Positions 38,021 through 51,811 are shown, counted from the first letter of the whole stretch. The stretch: DNA of 63,798 nt, filler included, from Octopus bimaculoides (GCF_001194135.2; 7 parts of 5 records of this genome joined end to end with filler, not necessarily neighbours in it), one strand, 5' to 3'. Made by a program: numbers and translations. The notes: generated by a model from the letters alone, not told the origin.

Positions 38021-38199
38021 CATACCTGATTAACTTATTTTTGTAGAACACGAATTTTTTCAGCAACAGACGGGCATGGTAGCAGTTTGGTTTCTAGTTT
38101 CGCATAAGACCAATTTGGTATTACATAAGTTTAGTATAATTTAATTTTTGGAATCACACTCATCTGGTATAAGACCGGGGCAGCCGTTGAGTTTGCCGT

Positions 38200-38500
38200 C
38201 CATCCTCTGAACAAACTCATACAGGTTTCTACAGCAGACCCTAAAACGCCGCCCTCGTTAAAGTGTTGGCCGGGACGGACGGACTACCTCACCTCCACCT
38301 CAGCTATGTTACAGATTGTAAACTTACCTGGGTGTTAGGTTTAACCCATCGTCCGTTTTAAGCCGAACCAATCGTTCCCAGGATATCTTTAGACAAGTTC
38401 ATTTTGTGGCAAGCAAGTAGTCAGACTAGATTTCGGTTCTGACGACACAATTTCCTTTCCCCAATCTCAAAGGCCGTGAAAGGAGTTCATAGGTGCTGCT
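38200..38500 (-). mobile_element. Possible L1/Tx1 ORF2 post-RT fragment
   Basis: SDYLLATK*TCLKISWERLVRLKTDDGLNL resembles FLW..K...VxWxxLxxPKxxGGLxL. Confidence 0.45.
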
Positions 38501-39852
38501 CTTCCCCGTTTATATCTTTGAAAAATATTTGGTAGGAACCCCTAGTCTAGCATCAAAACTTCTGTACACACTTTTTGCTTCATTTCGTTTTCCTTCCAAT
38601 TTTATTGGCTTCCGTTTTCTGCCATTGCATTCTTGCGTTTCGTTCCACCTATATTTAACGTGCTCATTATCCAGTCTATTATGAGTCACTTTTTCATTGT
38701 TCCAATGTCTCGGTTTGTCTCTTTGTGTCTGGCTGTCTGTCTAACTGTCTGTTTGTCTGTCTGTCTCTGTCTGTCTGTTTGTTTGTCTCTGTCTCTCTCA
38801 CTCGCTCTCTCTTTCTCTTTGTTTGTCTGTTTGTCACACACGTCCCACCTGGTTTCATTCTTATTTCCCTATCCTTTTAACAATATCGTTATTTATCCAA
38901 TAACATTTAAAATGATTTAAACGGAATGATTCGTGCACGAATGCAGCGAGGCATATGTAAGAATGAATATATGAATATATATATATATATATACTCGTTC
39001 ATATGTATATATTCTATATTCACACACACATACACACACACGCACGCTTATATATGGCTGCGTATATCTATCCCAGTATATTTTCTGAGTATTTTTCTAT
39101 TTCTTTCACTTTCGCATTTTCTTTTTTCTTCTTATTCCATTCACATTCTCCAACACTCAATCCACCCCACCCCACCCCCATCATATCTTACGTCTCTCTT
39201 TCTTCACCATCCCATTCCCCACCCCGTATCCCTTCTCTTTCTCATCCACTGCTTCGATATTTTATTCAACGTCAACATCTCATCTCTACCTTCGCCATTT
39301 TCTTTTACAAACTTTTGTTCCTTTTTTCCCTTTCTTTTGATCTTTCTCTCTTTCATTTCTCTTTCCTTTTTCCTTCTTTTATTCTTTCTCTCATTTATTG
39401 TTTGTCTTTTTTTCTTTCTGGATTTCCTCTTTCAGTTTTTTCTTTGGTTCTTTCGCGTCGATGTCTTGTTTTTCTTCCATCTCACCAACCACCCAACAAT
39501 CCAGCTACGTACATCACTTTGCACTGAGAGAATAAAGCAAGTTTTACTGGGTTTTTTTTTTCCATTCTACCACATAAACTTCATCGCTGTCACCCGGTCG
39601 GGACGACGACCACCATCAATGCCATCACCACCACCATCATTAGCAGCAACAGCAGCATCTTCATGATCACCATCACTATCACCGTCATCATCATCATCAT
39701 CTTCACCACCACCTCCAAATGACTAGATTATTTCTATCAGTTAAGTGAATCATATGATTAATATTTGTTAATATATTTGTAGTGTACTGTAGACACCACT
39801 TCGCCACCTTAATACATCGCAACAACGTCTGAATGTCAAAGTTTATTCGTTT

Positions 39853-39853
39853 G

Positions 39854-39916
<63 letters not shown>

Positions 39917-39994
39917 GTCTGTCTGTCTGTCTGTCTGTGTATCTGTTTATCTATCTATCTTTCTACCTATCTACCTACGTACCTACCTAGCTTC

Positions 39995-40083
<89 letters not shown>
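39853..40083. repeat. Compound (TCTA)n/(TCTG)n/(CCTA)n microsatellite
   Basis: Direct reading. Confidence 0.95.
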
Positions 40084-40183
40084 NNNNNNNNNNNNNNNNN
40101 NNNNNNNNNNNNNNNNNNNNNNNNNNNTTAATTAATTAANNNNNNNNNNNNNNNNNNNNNNNNNNNNNNNNNNNNNNNNNNNN

Positions 40184-40659
40184 ATCAATGCTCAAGTCTA
40201 CTGTCAGCAATTAGAGTGTTTAAACCAAACTTTGAAGAAAAATAGACCCACTTTAGTGAATCGAAAAGGAGTGATGTTTCATCAGGACAATGCGCGACCC
40301 CATACTGCAAAGATCACATCACAGAAGATCGAAGAGCTTGGTTAGGAAAAAATTCCTCATCCACCTTATTCTCCCGACCTTGCTCCTTCAGACTACCATT
40401 TGTTTCGTAGTTTACAGAATCATTTGGGCGGCATAACTTTCGCAAGCCAGGAGGAAGTCGAAACTGACATTTCAGAGTTCTTCGCTTTGAAACTAAAAGA
40501 GTTTTACATCGATGGAATTAAAAAGCTTGTAAACAGATGGAAGGAAGTCATAGATAGTCAGGGAAAGTATATTGATGATTAAATTTCAATTAAATATAAC
40601 ATTTGATCACTTGTTTTTTTTATTCAAAATTCGGACAGAATTTATGGGATGACCTGATA
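40184..40659 (+). mobile_element. Mariner 3' half: near-intact DD34D transposase C-terminus, right TIR and TA
   Basis: INAQVYCQQL...[50 protein letters not shown]...GKYIDD*. D-34-D spacing, one internal stop; TIR CGGACAGAATTTATGGGATGACCTGA-TA. Confidence 0.96.
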
Positions 40660-40672
40660 TATACATACATAC

Positions 40673-40745
<73 letters not shown>

Positions 40746-40848
40746 NNNNNNNNNNNNNNNNNNNNNNNNNNNNNNNNNNNNGACTGATAAATATGCACTC
40801 ACATACACACTCACAGACGCAGACACATACACATGTGCGTGCAAACAC

Positions 40849-40891
<43 letters not shown>

Positions 40892-41009
40892 TTATGTTTG
40901 TATATGTATATGTACGTATTGAGGATACCAGTACATGAATATATATTATTTAAATATGGAATGACACTTAGAGTTAGGACACATCCGTCTAAAGCCAGCA
41001 TGGACAGCG

Positions 41010-41340
41010 AACGTAAAAATGAATGGTGGCCAGCTGGCTCGTTGGGCAAAATGCCTAGCGGCACTTCGTCCATTTTATGTTTTGAGTTAAATGTCCCCTG
41101 ATTCGACTCTACATTTCATACTTTGGGGGGTTAATAAAATAAGTACCAGTTAGACCACTGCGTCGATGTAATCGACTCACCCACTTCCCCAAAATTGCTG
41201 GTCTTGTGCCAGAATTTGAAACCATTAAGGCGGCGAGCTGGCGAAATCGTGAGTAGGCCAGACAAAATGCTTTGTGACATTCCTTCTGGCTTTACGTTCT
41301 CAGTTCAGAAACCTGCCAAGGTTGATTTTATTTTTTATCT
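41010..41340 (+). mobile_element. SINE family B copy plus a second partial copy
   Basis: Family B head/body at 41010-41225 and 41228-41340. Confidence 0.82.
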
Positions 41341-41364
41341 TTTCATCGTTCTATNNNNNNNNNN

Positions 41365-41413
<49 letters not shown>

Positions 41414-41476
41414 TACATATATATACATATAAACACAAACACACACAAACATATATATAATGTATATATACACACA

Positions 41477-42767
41477 CAAGTTACGATGAATACATTTGCC
41501 GTATAAATGACGCAAAAATGAAAATAACACTGAGATGTCATTTTATCAGATATAGCTACCAAAATTACGTAAAAAATATCTTGAAATACTAAAGAGTAAA
41601 TTTATTCAATAAAATCGTCATTGGCTTCAACGACAGCCTCCAGACGACTTCGGAACCTCCTGCAGCTCTTCTGGACGGTTTTCTTGTTTAAGTTGGTCAA
41701 TGCTGCTATAATCTTTGCCTTCAATTCATCTCAATTACAAGGAGTTTTGTTGGTCTCTCGCTCAGTTGCGCCCCACACATAATACTCAAGGGGGTTGCAG
41801 TCTGGAGAGTTAGATGACCAGCTGTTAGGGGTGATGTGGTTGCAGAGATTGTCTGACAGCCATGACTAGGTTCTCCAGCTTGTGTGGCATGGTGCCAGAC
41901 ATAGGGTCTTCCAACAGCCACCCGCTTGACCCAGGGCAGCACTTCCTCCTTTAGGCACTTGATGTAGGCCTCCGTGTTGAGTCTGAGGCCGTGTGGGAAG
42001 ATGAATGGAGGCATAACGTCACCATCACTAGTGATCACTCCAAACACTATAATGTTGACTGGATGTTTGATTTTTTATCACTCTCGGTACATGTTTTGGG
42101 GACACGGCAAGCTAACGGTTGTTCTGTATGTTCACTATCTGATCCTGGCAGAAATTTTTCTCGTTTGAGAAAAACCAAACCATGTTCTGATGGAGAAGAT
42201 GCTTGAATTTGTTCAAAAGCTTCGTAGCGCGGTCTTCCCTCTTGTCCTTGATGACTTGGGATACAAATTGGCCCTTTCTCATCTTGTATGAGGAATACCG
42301 AATGTCTTCATGTACCCCCTGCCAGATAAGAAACTCAGACACTCCCGTGTCCCGGGCGATGGACCTGATTAACCTGCAGGGATCGTTGTTAATCATGGCC
42401 TTGATCTCACCAACAAATTCAGGAGTTATTTTCGTATTAGAACGATGCGAGTGAGTTTTCTGGGCTGCCGTACCTTCGTAATCACCATTAGACTCATCCA
42501 ACTCCTTTCAAATCCTCTGCAGTCCTCAGATTGACACCCAAACACTCTGAAATTTTCGTATTAGAGCTTCCAGTGTGAATGCCAAGCAATACAGCATGTA
42601 TTTTCCAAATTTCTGGCAGAGTGAATTGCCTCATGGTGCTGTTTTTCTCACAGACGTTGCCCAAATGACCCTATTATACTGTGTAGTTGACAAAATCGAA
42701 AACAAATAATGTGCATGCGCAAAATTAAAAGTATAAAATGGCGACAATTTACCCATCGCACCTGCTA
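41477..42767 (-). mobile_element. Tc1/mariner superfamily element, maT (DD37D)-like, defective
   Basis: WFFSNEKNFCQDQIVNIQNNR, VFGVITSDGDVMPPFIFPHGLRLNTEAYIKCL, frameshifted PCHTS...NSPDCNPL. TIR AAAATGGCGACAATTTACCCATCGCACCTG at ~42735-42764; degenerate partner at ~41477. Confidence 0.9.
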
Positions 42768-43324
42768 CTTCAGGCTGATCACGAGCAATGACTCAGAAAC
42801 ATGTCCCTGAATGCACACTAGGCTGGTGGAGGTGCTTGTCTTCCCCTCGCAAATATACGGACACAGGAAATGTGTCAAGGCCGACAGGAAGCGGTCCAGC
42901 TTCCTAAGGCTAAATAGCAGCAGTATGATTCCCTTATTAGGACTGTCACATTGAGTTGACAGTATACAAAAACAATAATATATNNNNNNNNNNNNNNNNN
43001 NNNNNNNNNNNNNNNNNNNNNNNNNNNNNNNNNNNNNNNNNNNNNNNNNNNNNNNNNNNNNNNNNNNNNNNNNNNNNNNNNNNNNNNNNNNNNNNNNNNN
43101 NNNNNNNNNNNNNNNNNNNNNNNNNNNNNNNNNNNNNNNNNNNNNNNNNNNNNNNNNNNNNNNNNNNNNNNNNNNNNNNNNNNNNNNNNNNNNNNNNNNN
43201 NNNNNNNNNNNNNNNNNNNNNNNNNNNNNNNNNNNNNNNNNNNNNNNNNNNNNNNNNNNNNNNNNNNNNNNNNNNNNNNNNNNNNNNNNNNNNNNNNNNN
43301 NNNNNNNNNNNNNNNNNNNNNNNN

Positions 43325-43372
<48 letters not shown>

Positions 43373-43857
43373 ATTTTAAAAATGTGTTTCGCTAAAAAGT
43401 TTTCATATTAACAGCGCAGTGTAGCATACAATTTCACTTCGCCCATGAAAAGCGTGGGGTCGTAATATCACAGTTGTTGACAGAACTTAACTAAGACATA
43501 ACTTAAGCTTGAATTAACACGTCTATTTTTAAGTCTAGTTATACGCCAATGCCGGAACATCAATCTCATTGAATTTGTAAAGAAAATGATTTAACTTTAC
43601 ATATTCTGTTTAGTAAACACCTATCCTTTTAATATACTTATCTGTAATTTTCTATTTTCTATTAAATAGCAAGCTCATGTCTTCCAAAATTATTTTTCAG
43701 ATATCATTATTAGCATATTATGTCAGTAATTTACAAATTTTCGGTTTCTTTCATGTAGGCCAGCGGTTCTCAAGCCTTTTTGTAGCTTAACGCTCTCTTA
43801 AAATAAAGGGTGTTTTACAAACGTTCCATCCACATATTTTGTAAAAAAGTGGTAAAA

Positions 43858-44018
43858 AAAGTGGTAAGTAGCTTGCTTACCAACCACACGGTTCCGGGTT
43901 CATTCCCACTGCGTGGCACCTTGGGCAAGTGTCTTCTACTATAGCCTCGGGCCGACCAAAGCCTTGTGAGTGGATTTGGTAGACGGAAGCTGAAAGAAGC
44001 CCGTCGTATATATATATT

Positions 44019-44104
<86 letters not shown>

Positions 44105-44295
44105 TGTCTGTGTTTGTCCCTCCGACATCGCTTGACAACCGATGCTGGTGTGTTTACGTCCCCGTAACTTAGCGGTTCGGCAAAAGAGATCGATAGAATA
44201 AGGACTACGCTTCCAAAGAATAAGTCCTGGGGTCGACAAAAAGGCGGTGCTCCAGCATGGCCGCAGTCAAATGAGTGAAACAAGTAAAAGTGTAA
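43858..44295 (+). mobile_element. Full-length SINE family A with internal (TA)n(TG)n
   Basis: GTGGTAAGTAGCTTGCTTACCAACCACACGGTTCCGGGTTCATTCCCACTGCGTGGCACCTTGGGCAAGTGTC...AAACAAGTAAAAG. Confidence 0.93.
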
Positions 44296-44409
44296 AGAGT
44301 AATAATAATTAAAAGCAGAAAAAGAAAGCGACGTGAAATCCCGGCAAATAATTTTATCGAAAGTTCTAGAAAACTTACAAAAATTTATAAAAAGGTGTGA
44401 TATTTCTTT

Positions 44410-44626
44410 ATTTATTGCCCACAGGGGGCTAAACATAGAGGGGACAAACAAGTACAGACAAAGGGATTAAGTCGATTACATCGATCCCAGTACGTAACTG
44501 GTACTTATTTAATCGACCTCGAAAGGATAAAAGGTAAAGTCGACCCCGGCGGAATTTGAACTCAGAACGTAACGGCAGATGAAATATCGATAAGCACTCC
44601 GCCCGGCGTGCTAACGATTCTGCCAG
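44410..44626 (-). mobile_element. SINE family B (long-tailed variant)
   Basis: Reverse complement of the family B consensus. Confidence 0.9.
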
Positions 44627-44770
44627 CGGCGAGCTGACAGAAAAGTCGTGATATTGAATTCCAAGGTAGAACGACCTTGGACACTACACGTAACTCTGTA
44701 GGTTAGTTCACACCTTTACTACGTGTTCTGTCTATAACGACTATGAACTATTATTATTATATAATTAACT

Positions 44771-45220
44771 AAGGCGGTGAGCTGACAGAGAGGTTAGCAC
44801 GCCAGGCAAAATGCTTAGCGGCATTTCGTCCGTCTGTACGTTCTGAGTTCAAATTCCGCCGAGGTCGACTTTGCCTTTCATCCTTTCGGGCTCAATAGAT
44901 TAAGTACCAGTGAAACACTGGGGTCGATGTAATTGACTAGTCCCCTCCTTCAAATTTCAGGCCTTGTGCCTTAAGCAGAAAGGATTATTATATTATTATT
45001 AGTTAACTAAGGTGCTGAGTTAGCAGAATCGTTTGCACGCCAGGCAAAATGCTTGGCTGCACTCTGTCCGACCTTACGGTCTGAGTTCAAATTTCACCGT
45101 GATCGACTTTGCTTCAAACCCTTCGGTATCGATAAATTAAGTACCAGTTGAACACTGGTGTCGATGTAATCGACTTACCCCTTCCTCGAAATTGCTGGCC
45201 TTGTGCCAAAATTTGAACCC
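44771..45220 (+). mobile_element. Two SINE family B copies (44771-44985, 45011-45220)
   Basis: Both begin AAGG(C/T)G(G/C)TGAG after ATTAACT. Confidence 0.9.
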
Positions 45221-45384
45221 ATTATTATATAATTAACTAAAATACTGTTTCTTATTTTACACAGTAAAAACTTCAAATTATCATATATACAATATCTTGT
45301 ATGCTTTACAATTCGACTAATTCATAGGCCATGTGTAAATACAACAGTTCGAAGTAATAAAATACGGAAACGTATATCACTATT

Positions 45385-45700
45385 ATTGTAGTTGTAGTAA
45401 CGCCGTGCGCATGCGTAGTCTCACGCATGCGTGGAATTCAACAAGCAAGCTTTCCCGCTTAATTCTGTCTCTTTCTTGCTAGCCAGCGATTGAGCATGGA
45501 CGTGTTTAGCTGTCTCTCAAACATCTTTCGGACTTACGCTCGACAGCTCGCTTACGTCTACATACCAACGTCCCTACAACAATGCTCACACACACAGAAG
45601 CTGTAACAACAAACAAGAGCTAAAGATGTATATATTTACCACCTGAATAAATGTTGTTTAAGTTGATAGTCTGGAGTTCAGCGTTCCGTTATATTCCTTA
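45385..45700 (+). mobile_element. Possible solo LTR
   Basis: Starts TGTAGT, CpG-rich U3-like stretch, AATAAA near the 3' end. No clear CA terminus or TSD identified. Confidence 0.3.
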
Positions 45701-46184
45701 ATTTTATATAGGAAAGTCAGGTATACATCTAATGATGTATAACCAACTTTCCTATATAGTCACTCTCACTTTTACATGCAACCAACCAACCTACTTTTCT
45801 CCTATTGTGCATTATCAATAATGATACAACCACCACTAAAACCATAATTTACAAATCGTTAGTATAGTTATTTTACCTTCTTGGTATACCTGCTCTGCAT
45901 GCACCTGACATAGCTATAAAGTTTATTAAAATGCCTTTCATGTCACAAAATTTCTAATCTTTTTAGACGGCTATAATTTTTAAAAAACCCACATTTCTAT
46001 GAAAATAAAGACGTTGCGCTAAATGGTCTGCTAATATATGCAAAATGTTACAGTATTTATGTGTAATAAAACTCTATGAATGCGAAAGGCTGTTCTGTCT
46101 TTCTCTCTCTCACACACTCGCACACACAAACACACATACACTCATATATACATGCATATGCTCATATATCATTTGTATTATTAA

Positions 46185-46221
<37 letters not shown>

Positions 46222-46225
46222 TACT

Positions 46226-46449
46226 CTTTTACTTGTTTCAGTCATTTGACTGCGACCATGCTGGATCACCGCCTTTAGTCGAGCAAATCGACCCCAGGAC
46301 TTATTCTTTGTAAGCCTAGTACTTAATCTATCGGTCTGTTTTGCCGAACCACTAAGTTACGGGGACGTAAACACACCACCATCGGTTGTCAAGCGATGTT
46401 GGGGGGACAAACACAGACACACAAACATACACACACACATACATATATA
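46226..46449 (-). mobile_element. SINE family A, 3' half up to gap
   Basis: TTTTACTTGTTTCAGTCATTTGACTGCGACCATGCTGG. Confidence 0.9.
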
Positions 46450-47549
46450 NNNNNNNNNNNNNNNNNNNNNNNNNNNNNNNNNNNNNNNNNNNNNNNNNNN
46501 NNNNNNNNNNNNNNNNNNNNNNNNNNNNNNNNNNNNNNNNNNNNNNNNNNNNNNNNNNNNNNNNNNNNNNNNNNNNNNNNNNNNNNNNNNNNNNNNNNNN
46601 NNNNNNNNNNNNNNNNNNNNNNNNNNNNNNNNNNNNNNNNNNNNNNNNNNNNNNNNNNNNNNNNNNNNNNNNNNNNNNNCAGGCCTTAAGAGCCATATGA
46701 GACATCATCAATGATGGGGAAACCAAATAGGAGTTGTTTCTTAAAGTGAATGAAGTGGTCTTACTTGGTCGTGTGTGTGTGTCTGTGCCTATCTGTCTGT
46801 CTCTATTATGTAGGGTTTCAACTATCAATCAACTAGAGTCAATAAAATATCAAGGAAATATTCAGATCATTAACTGCAGCTCCTAATAATTATTGTCATA
46901 TTTATCTTACAACTGGTGAACACTTGTTAAAGCTTCCCAATGGACCAATAATTGGCAACAAGGAAGTATCTGTGACTTAGTGAAAAATAAATAGTGCAAT
47001 GGATTTCTTTCAAAGAACATTAGTTTTTCAGTTTTCTAACTGATATTTACATTCTTCACCAATATACATTATTTGCCAACATAACGTGGCAGTCGAATAT
47101 TATTGTTATTTAGCCCCAGGAAACCTCGTCTCCAGCTGGCTACACGACACACTATCTGTGTCCTTATATTTTCGAACAAGGAAGTTTAGCACCCCCACTC
47201 AGCACAAAACAATATCTGTGTATCACGATTTCTGGGTTATTTCACTTCCTCAGCGCAGAATAACTGTTCGGCTAGAGGTGACGCTGTTATATTCCTGTTC
47301 AAAATATATAGTTTTCAAAGTGACACACAGTCACTGATCTAATAGAATAGAAAATTTCTATTTGTAAATCTCTTAACGAGAGATTATATATATTAAAGAA
47401 AATCTCTAACGCAGGAGAGTAGCCGTTACAACAACTTCAGAAAATTGGGTAAAAATAACTCCTATAAACGGAAAAAAGTGACCAGCAGCCGGTACAGAGA
47501 ATTGAACAATATGATTGTCAGCAGTGGCTGCTAGTCATTTTGGCCCCTA

Positions 47550-47775
47550 TACAGTAATCCCTCACCATATCGGCGGTTCACCTATCGCGGTTTATTATTT
47601 AAGCTTACGTCCATTCTTCCGTGGTGTTGTTTTGCATTTATAATAAAATAAATATATACAAATTATAAAAATAATTAAAAAAATATACGGTACAGTATTG
47701 TTTCTACTTCGCGGATTTTCACCTTTCGCGGGGGTTTTTGGAACGTACACTCGCGATAGACGAGGGCTTACTGTA
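47550..47775. mobile_element. pogo/Tigger-type MITE with TA TSD
   Basis: TA-CAGTAATCCCTCACCATATCG ... CGCGATAGACGAGGGCTTACTG-TA. Confidence 0.85.
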
Positions 47776-47975
47776 CATATGCGTGCGTGTGTGTGTGTGT
47801 GTGCATGTGTTTGTCTTCACACACTTTGATAACCGGTAATGGTTTGTTTACGTTCCGGTAACTCCGTAACATTGCAATTCAGTAAAAGAAACCGATAGAA
47901 TGAGTACCAGACTAAGAGGGAAAAGTACTGGGGAGCTCAGCATGGCCCACAGTACGATGACTACAAACAAGAATA
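47775..47975 (+). mobile_element. SINE family A, 3' half, diverged
   Basis: GGTTTGTTTACGTTCCGGTAAC...CCGATAGAATGAGTACCAG. Confidence 0.7.
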
Positions 47976-48090
47976 TATATATATATANNNNNNNNNNNNN
48001 NNNNNNNNNNNNNNNNNNNNNNNNNNNNNNNTTAATTAATTAANNNNNNNNNNNNNNNNNNNNNNNNNNNNNNNNNNNNNNNNNNNNTAT

Positions 48091-48133
<43 letters not shown>

Positions 48134-49286
48134 CATACATACATACATACATACATACATACATACATACATACATACATACAGGACTCGCTTCTTTCAG
48201 TTTCTGTCTAGCAAAAGCATGTGGTTGGGAAGCATAATATGGTTGTGCTAAGGTAGTCAATATTCGGGTAATTATCCCATCATACGCTTTCGCCTTTCGT
48301 CACCAATTACCAATTCTTGCAGAGTAGCTCTAACATGGTTGATGTTCGTCCGTACATCAGCGGCAGCGAAAACCATCAACCACGGCCCTTTTCCCGATCC
48401 TCTCCCCAAACATGAATCTATTACCAAAACAAAATAAAATTATAATATAACACATTCACATAAACCAACTACAGATAGAACTCTGTACGCCAAGGAATTA
48501 AAATCACTGCTCAAACATAAAAAAAAAGAAAATACAAAACGCCTTAGAATACAATGTATTACTGCAAATCAAGAAATTCATTTAATAATTTCTAATTAGA
48601 AAAAGCTGATGACGAATAAAGAAAAAATATACATATATAATTCATTTGGGAATTGTTTAACACATTAGAAGTATATGGTGGTGTTGAATATAAAGTGAGC
48701 CAAAATTAGTTTCAGACCATTGAAATAAATGTGGTTTGTCTTAGAAAATAATTATTATGCTTAGAGTTCGGGGTCAAAACAAGAACTCATTTCACAGTTC
48801 CCTGGCAAGTTTATTTATACAAAGAATGTTGATGATCGTTTAGCTTTATATTGTTATTGTCTTTCATTGGTGGTGTTCTTTTTAGGATGTTTTTGTTCGT
48901 TTTGTTGCTTTGTTGTTTTTTTATTTTATTTCGTCTTCTTTGTTTGACTTTAGAAACGGAGTTTCGTGGTAAAATGTTTCCAGTAATTATCAGAGTTGTG
49001 AGAAATGTAGCAATTAAGTGCTGCAATTAAATGATGCCATTTTTTTTTAAATCTTTTGATTTAAATTCCTACCTTCAATTGGCTTCTCTTTACATACACA
49101 CATATGTGTATGCGTTATATATATGTGTGTGTGTGTGTGTGTGTATGTGTGTGTGGAAGTATATATATATATATATATACGTATATATGTGTGTATGTAT
49201 ATATATATGTATATATATGTATATATATATATATATATATGTATACATATNNNNNNNNNNTATATATATATATATGTATACATATA

Positions 49287-49364
<78 letters not shown>

Positions 49365-49419
49365 TGTGTGTATATGTATATATATGTATATATATATTTC
49401 TATGACTGCCGTTATATAA

Positions 49420-49475
<56 letters not shown>

Positions 49476-50334
49476 GGATAAGCAGATGTATATATGTATA
49501 TGTATATATATATGTGTGTGCGTGTGTGCAAACACTGAAACACGCATGTAAATATGCATAGATGTGTATATATACATATATTCATATCTTTATGCACACA
49601 TACACACACATACATACACTTTTACATACATCCCAGGATGTACAGCGTTAAAATCTAGGCCATGTCATGTCCGTCATATACAAATATATTGATATAAATA
49701 TCAGATACAGACGTATGTAATCAGTAAAAACGCACACACACACACACACACACACACATGCAACCATAATCACACAACACGACAGCAATAAAGTTTATAT
49801 ATAGATAATCCAGACTAATATTAAAGTTTTACAAATAGCAACTAAATCCTTTCTCATAGTTTTAATCTTCTTACAATATTTCACTTTACAATAATCTGTT
49901 TCACATTTTCCGGCAACCTTTCGGCCTTCTATGCTTTCGTATAAGCATTGCTGTGTTTTAATGTTTATTCCGTTGGTACTGTAGTTGTTTCTGTATTGAT
50001 GTACCTTTTCCAGCTAAACTGTTGCGCTGTCAGATACGTACTTCTGTTCACTCTGTCGGTTTATGGTAAGCTACCTTCAAAGGAATCTGTCACCGGAATC
50101 AAAATTCCTTTGTTTACTTCAATATGTCTTATGTGTGTAAACTGACCAGTTTGAACTAAAGAATTAAAGGCGCATTAGTTGAATTTATCTGACCATTACT
50201 TACGACTGCACTTCATAGGACTGCAACTTCCCTTCTGTAAAATATGGATATATTTAAGAGAAAAATCCCCCCGAGAGCCTCTGTGCTGTCACTCAATCTC
50301 CTATAAATATCAACCAACAACAGATAACTGATCA

Positions 50335-50640
50335 TCCGTCAGTTACGACGATCAATGTTCCAGCTGATCTGATCAACGGAACAGTCTGCTCGTAAATTAA
50401 CGTGGCCGAGCACTCCACAGACACGTGTACCCTTAACATAGTTCTTAGGGAAGCTCAGGGTGACACAATGTGACAAGGCAGTCCTTTCGATATACAGGTT
50501 CAAATCATTTTTACCAGTTGAATAGACTGGAGAAACATGAAATACAGTGTCGTGGTCAAGGACACATCGCGCTGCTGGGAATTGAACTCATGACCTTACA
50601 ATCGTGAACCGAATACCATAAACACTAAAGCACGCGCCTT
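50335..50640 (-). mobile_element. SINE family C
   Basis: GAGCACTCCACAGACACGTGTACCCTTAAC and tRNA head reverse complement. Confidence 0.88.
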
Positions 50641-50665
50641 CACAAAACCAGCAACACTGACATTT

Positions 50666-50908
50666 GTAACCCCTTCATGCCGATCGTCCGTTTAAACTGA
50701 CAATTTATAAGAGTATAAAACAAATACTTGACACAAATAGTGTACGATCTGTATCAAACAATGAAACAGGTTCTTAACTCGTATGCAGTCGTATGCAGTC
50801 TGTATCAAACGGATTTCAATGAAATATTTTTCAGTTGTCAAAATAATACTATCTGTGAATTTTAAGGCAATTTCATTCACTAGAAAAATTTCGGCACGAA
50901 TAGGTTAA
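50666..50908. mobile_element. piggyBac-type MITE
   Basis: gTAA-CCCCTTCATGCCGA ... TCGGCACGAATAGG-TTAA: imperfect TIRs, TTAA-like TSD. Confidence 0.6.
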
Positions 50909-51489
50909 TAACATTTCTTGAAACAAAGAAATTTCTTCCCAGTTTTATGAACTAAATGTTTGGATTTCTGTATCGATGATTCGTGAACTTTGCGCTAAGA
51001 AGTATGTATTATTGCTCGGTAAGATTTATCCAGCGCAGAGTAAGGCTTTTTAAAATATAATTTAAGGGGCAACAAAATGCATCTAATACATGGCCGTCTT
51101 GAAAATGTGGTGTTTATAATTTTGCCATGCATATGCTAGATTAATAAGCTTTGCAATCGTTTCCTGTATTCCCTTCGAGACTTTTAACAGCAAAACATGT
51201 TTTTGCAAAAAAAAAAAACAAATGGAAGATTCCATTTGAAGAGCGACGATGATTCTTTTTTTTTTTTCTGTATTTGAATTTAGGTGAACGACGAAGGGAA
51301 CAGCTTAACAAGCAACAGTTTTCGGGTTGTTGGGGAGGAAAGAAAAATCTTCGATAAATCATATTTTTATTCAAATAAATAAGAGAATTCCAGATGACTT
51401 CAGATTTCTCCAAGAGTTTATAGGTAAATATCATTAGTAAAGAATTTAAGAAGTGAGTATCGTGCTGTCTCTAGTACAAGGTCTCATTG

Positions 51490-51695
51490 GGGTGGTTATT
51501 CGGTTTCCATGGCGTATAAGCGATCAAGGTCTCATGATTACCCATGGACAGGATGCTAGTCCATTGCAGGGCAACACATTTACAGTTGAGTGGACTGTAG
51601 CAACGTGAAATGAAACGCTTTGCTTCATTCCGAGAATAAAACCATGATCTTGCGATTGTGAGCGCAACATTTTGTCCACGAGACTACGCGCCTTC
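51490..51695 (-). mobile_element. SINE family D
   Basis: Similar to 13745-13968. Confidence 0.7.
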
Positions 51696-51811
51696 ATTCG
51701 AACGGTTAAATACAATATCTAACGAGAGAAGAAGAACTTGTTGTGTGAAGAAGTATTGAATGGAGAGGGTATGCTTGTTGGTTCACTGATAAAAGAATCT
51801 ATTGGCCCGGA

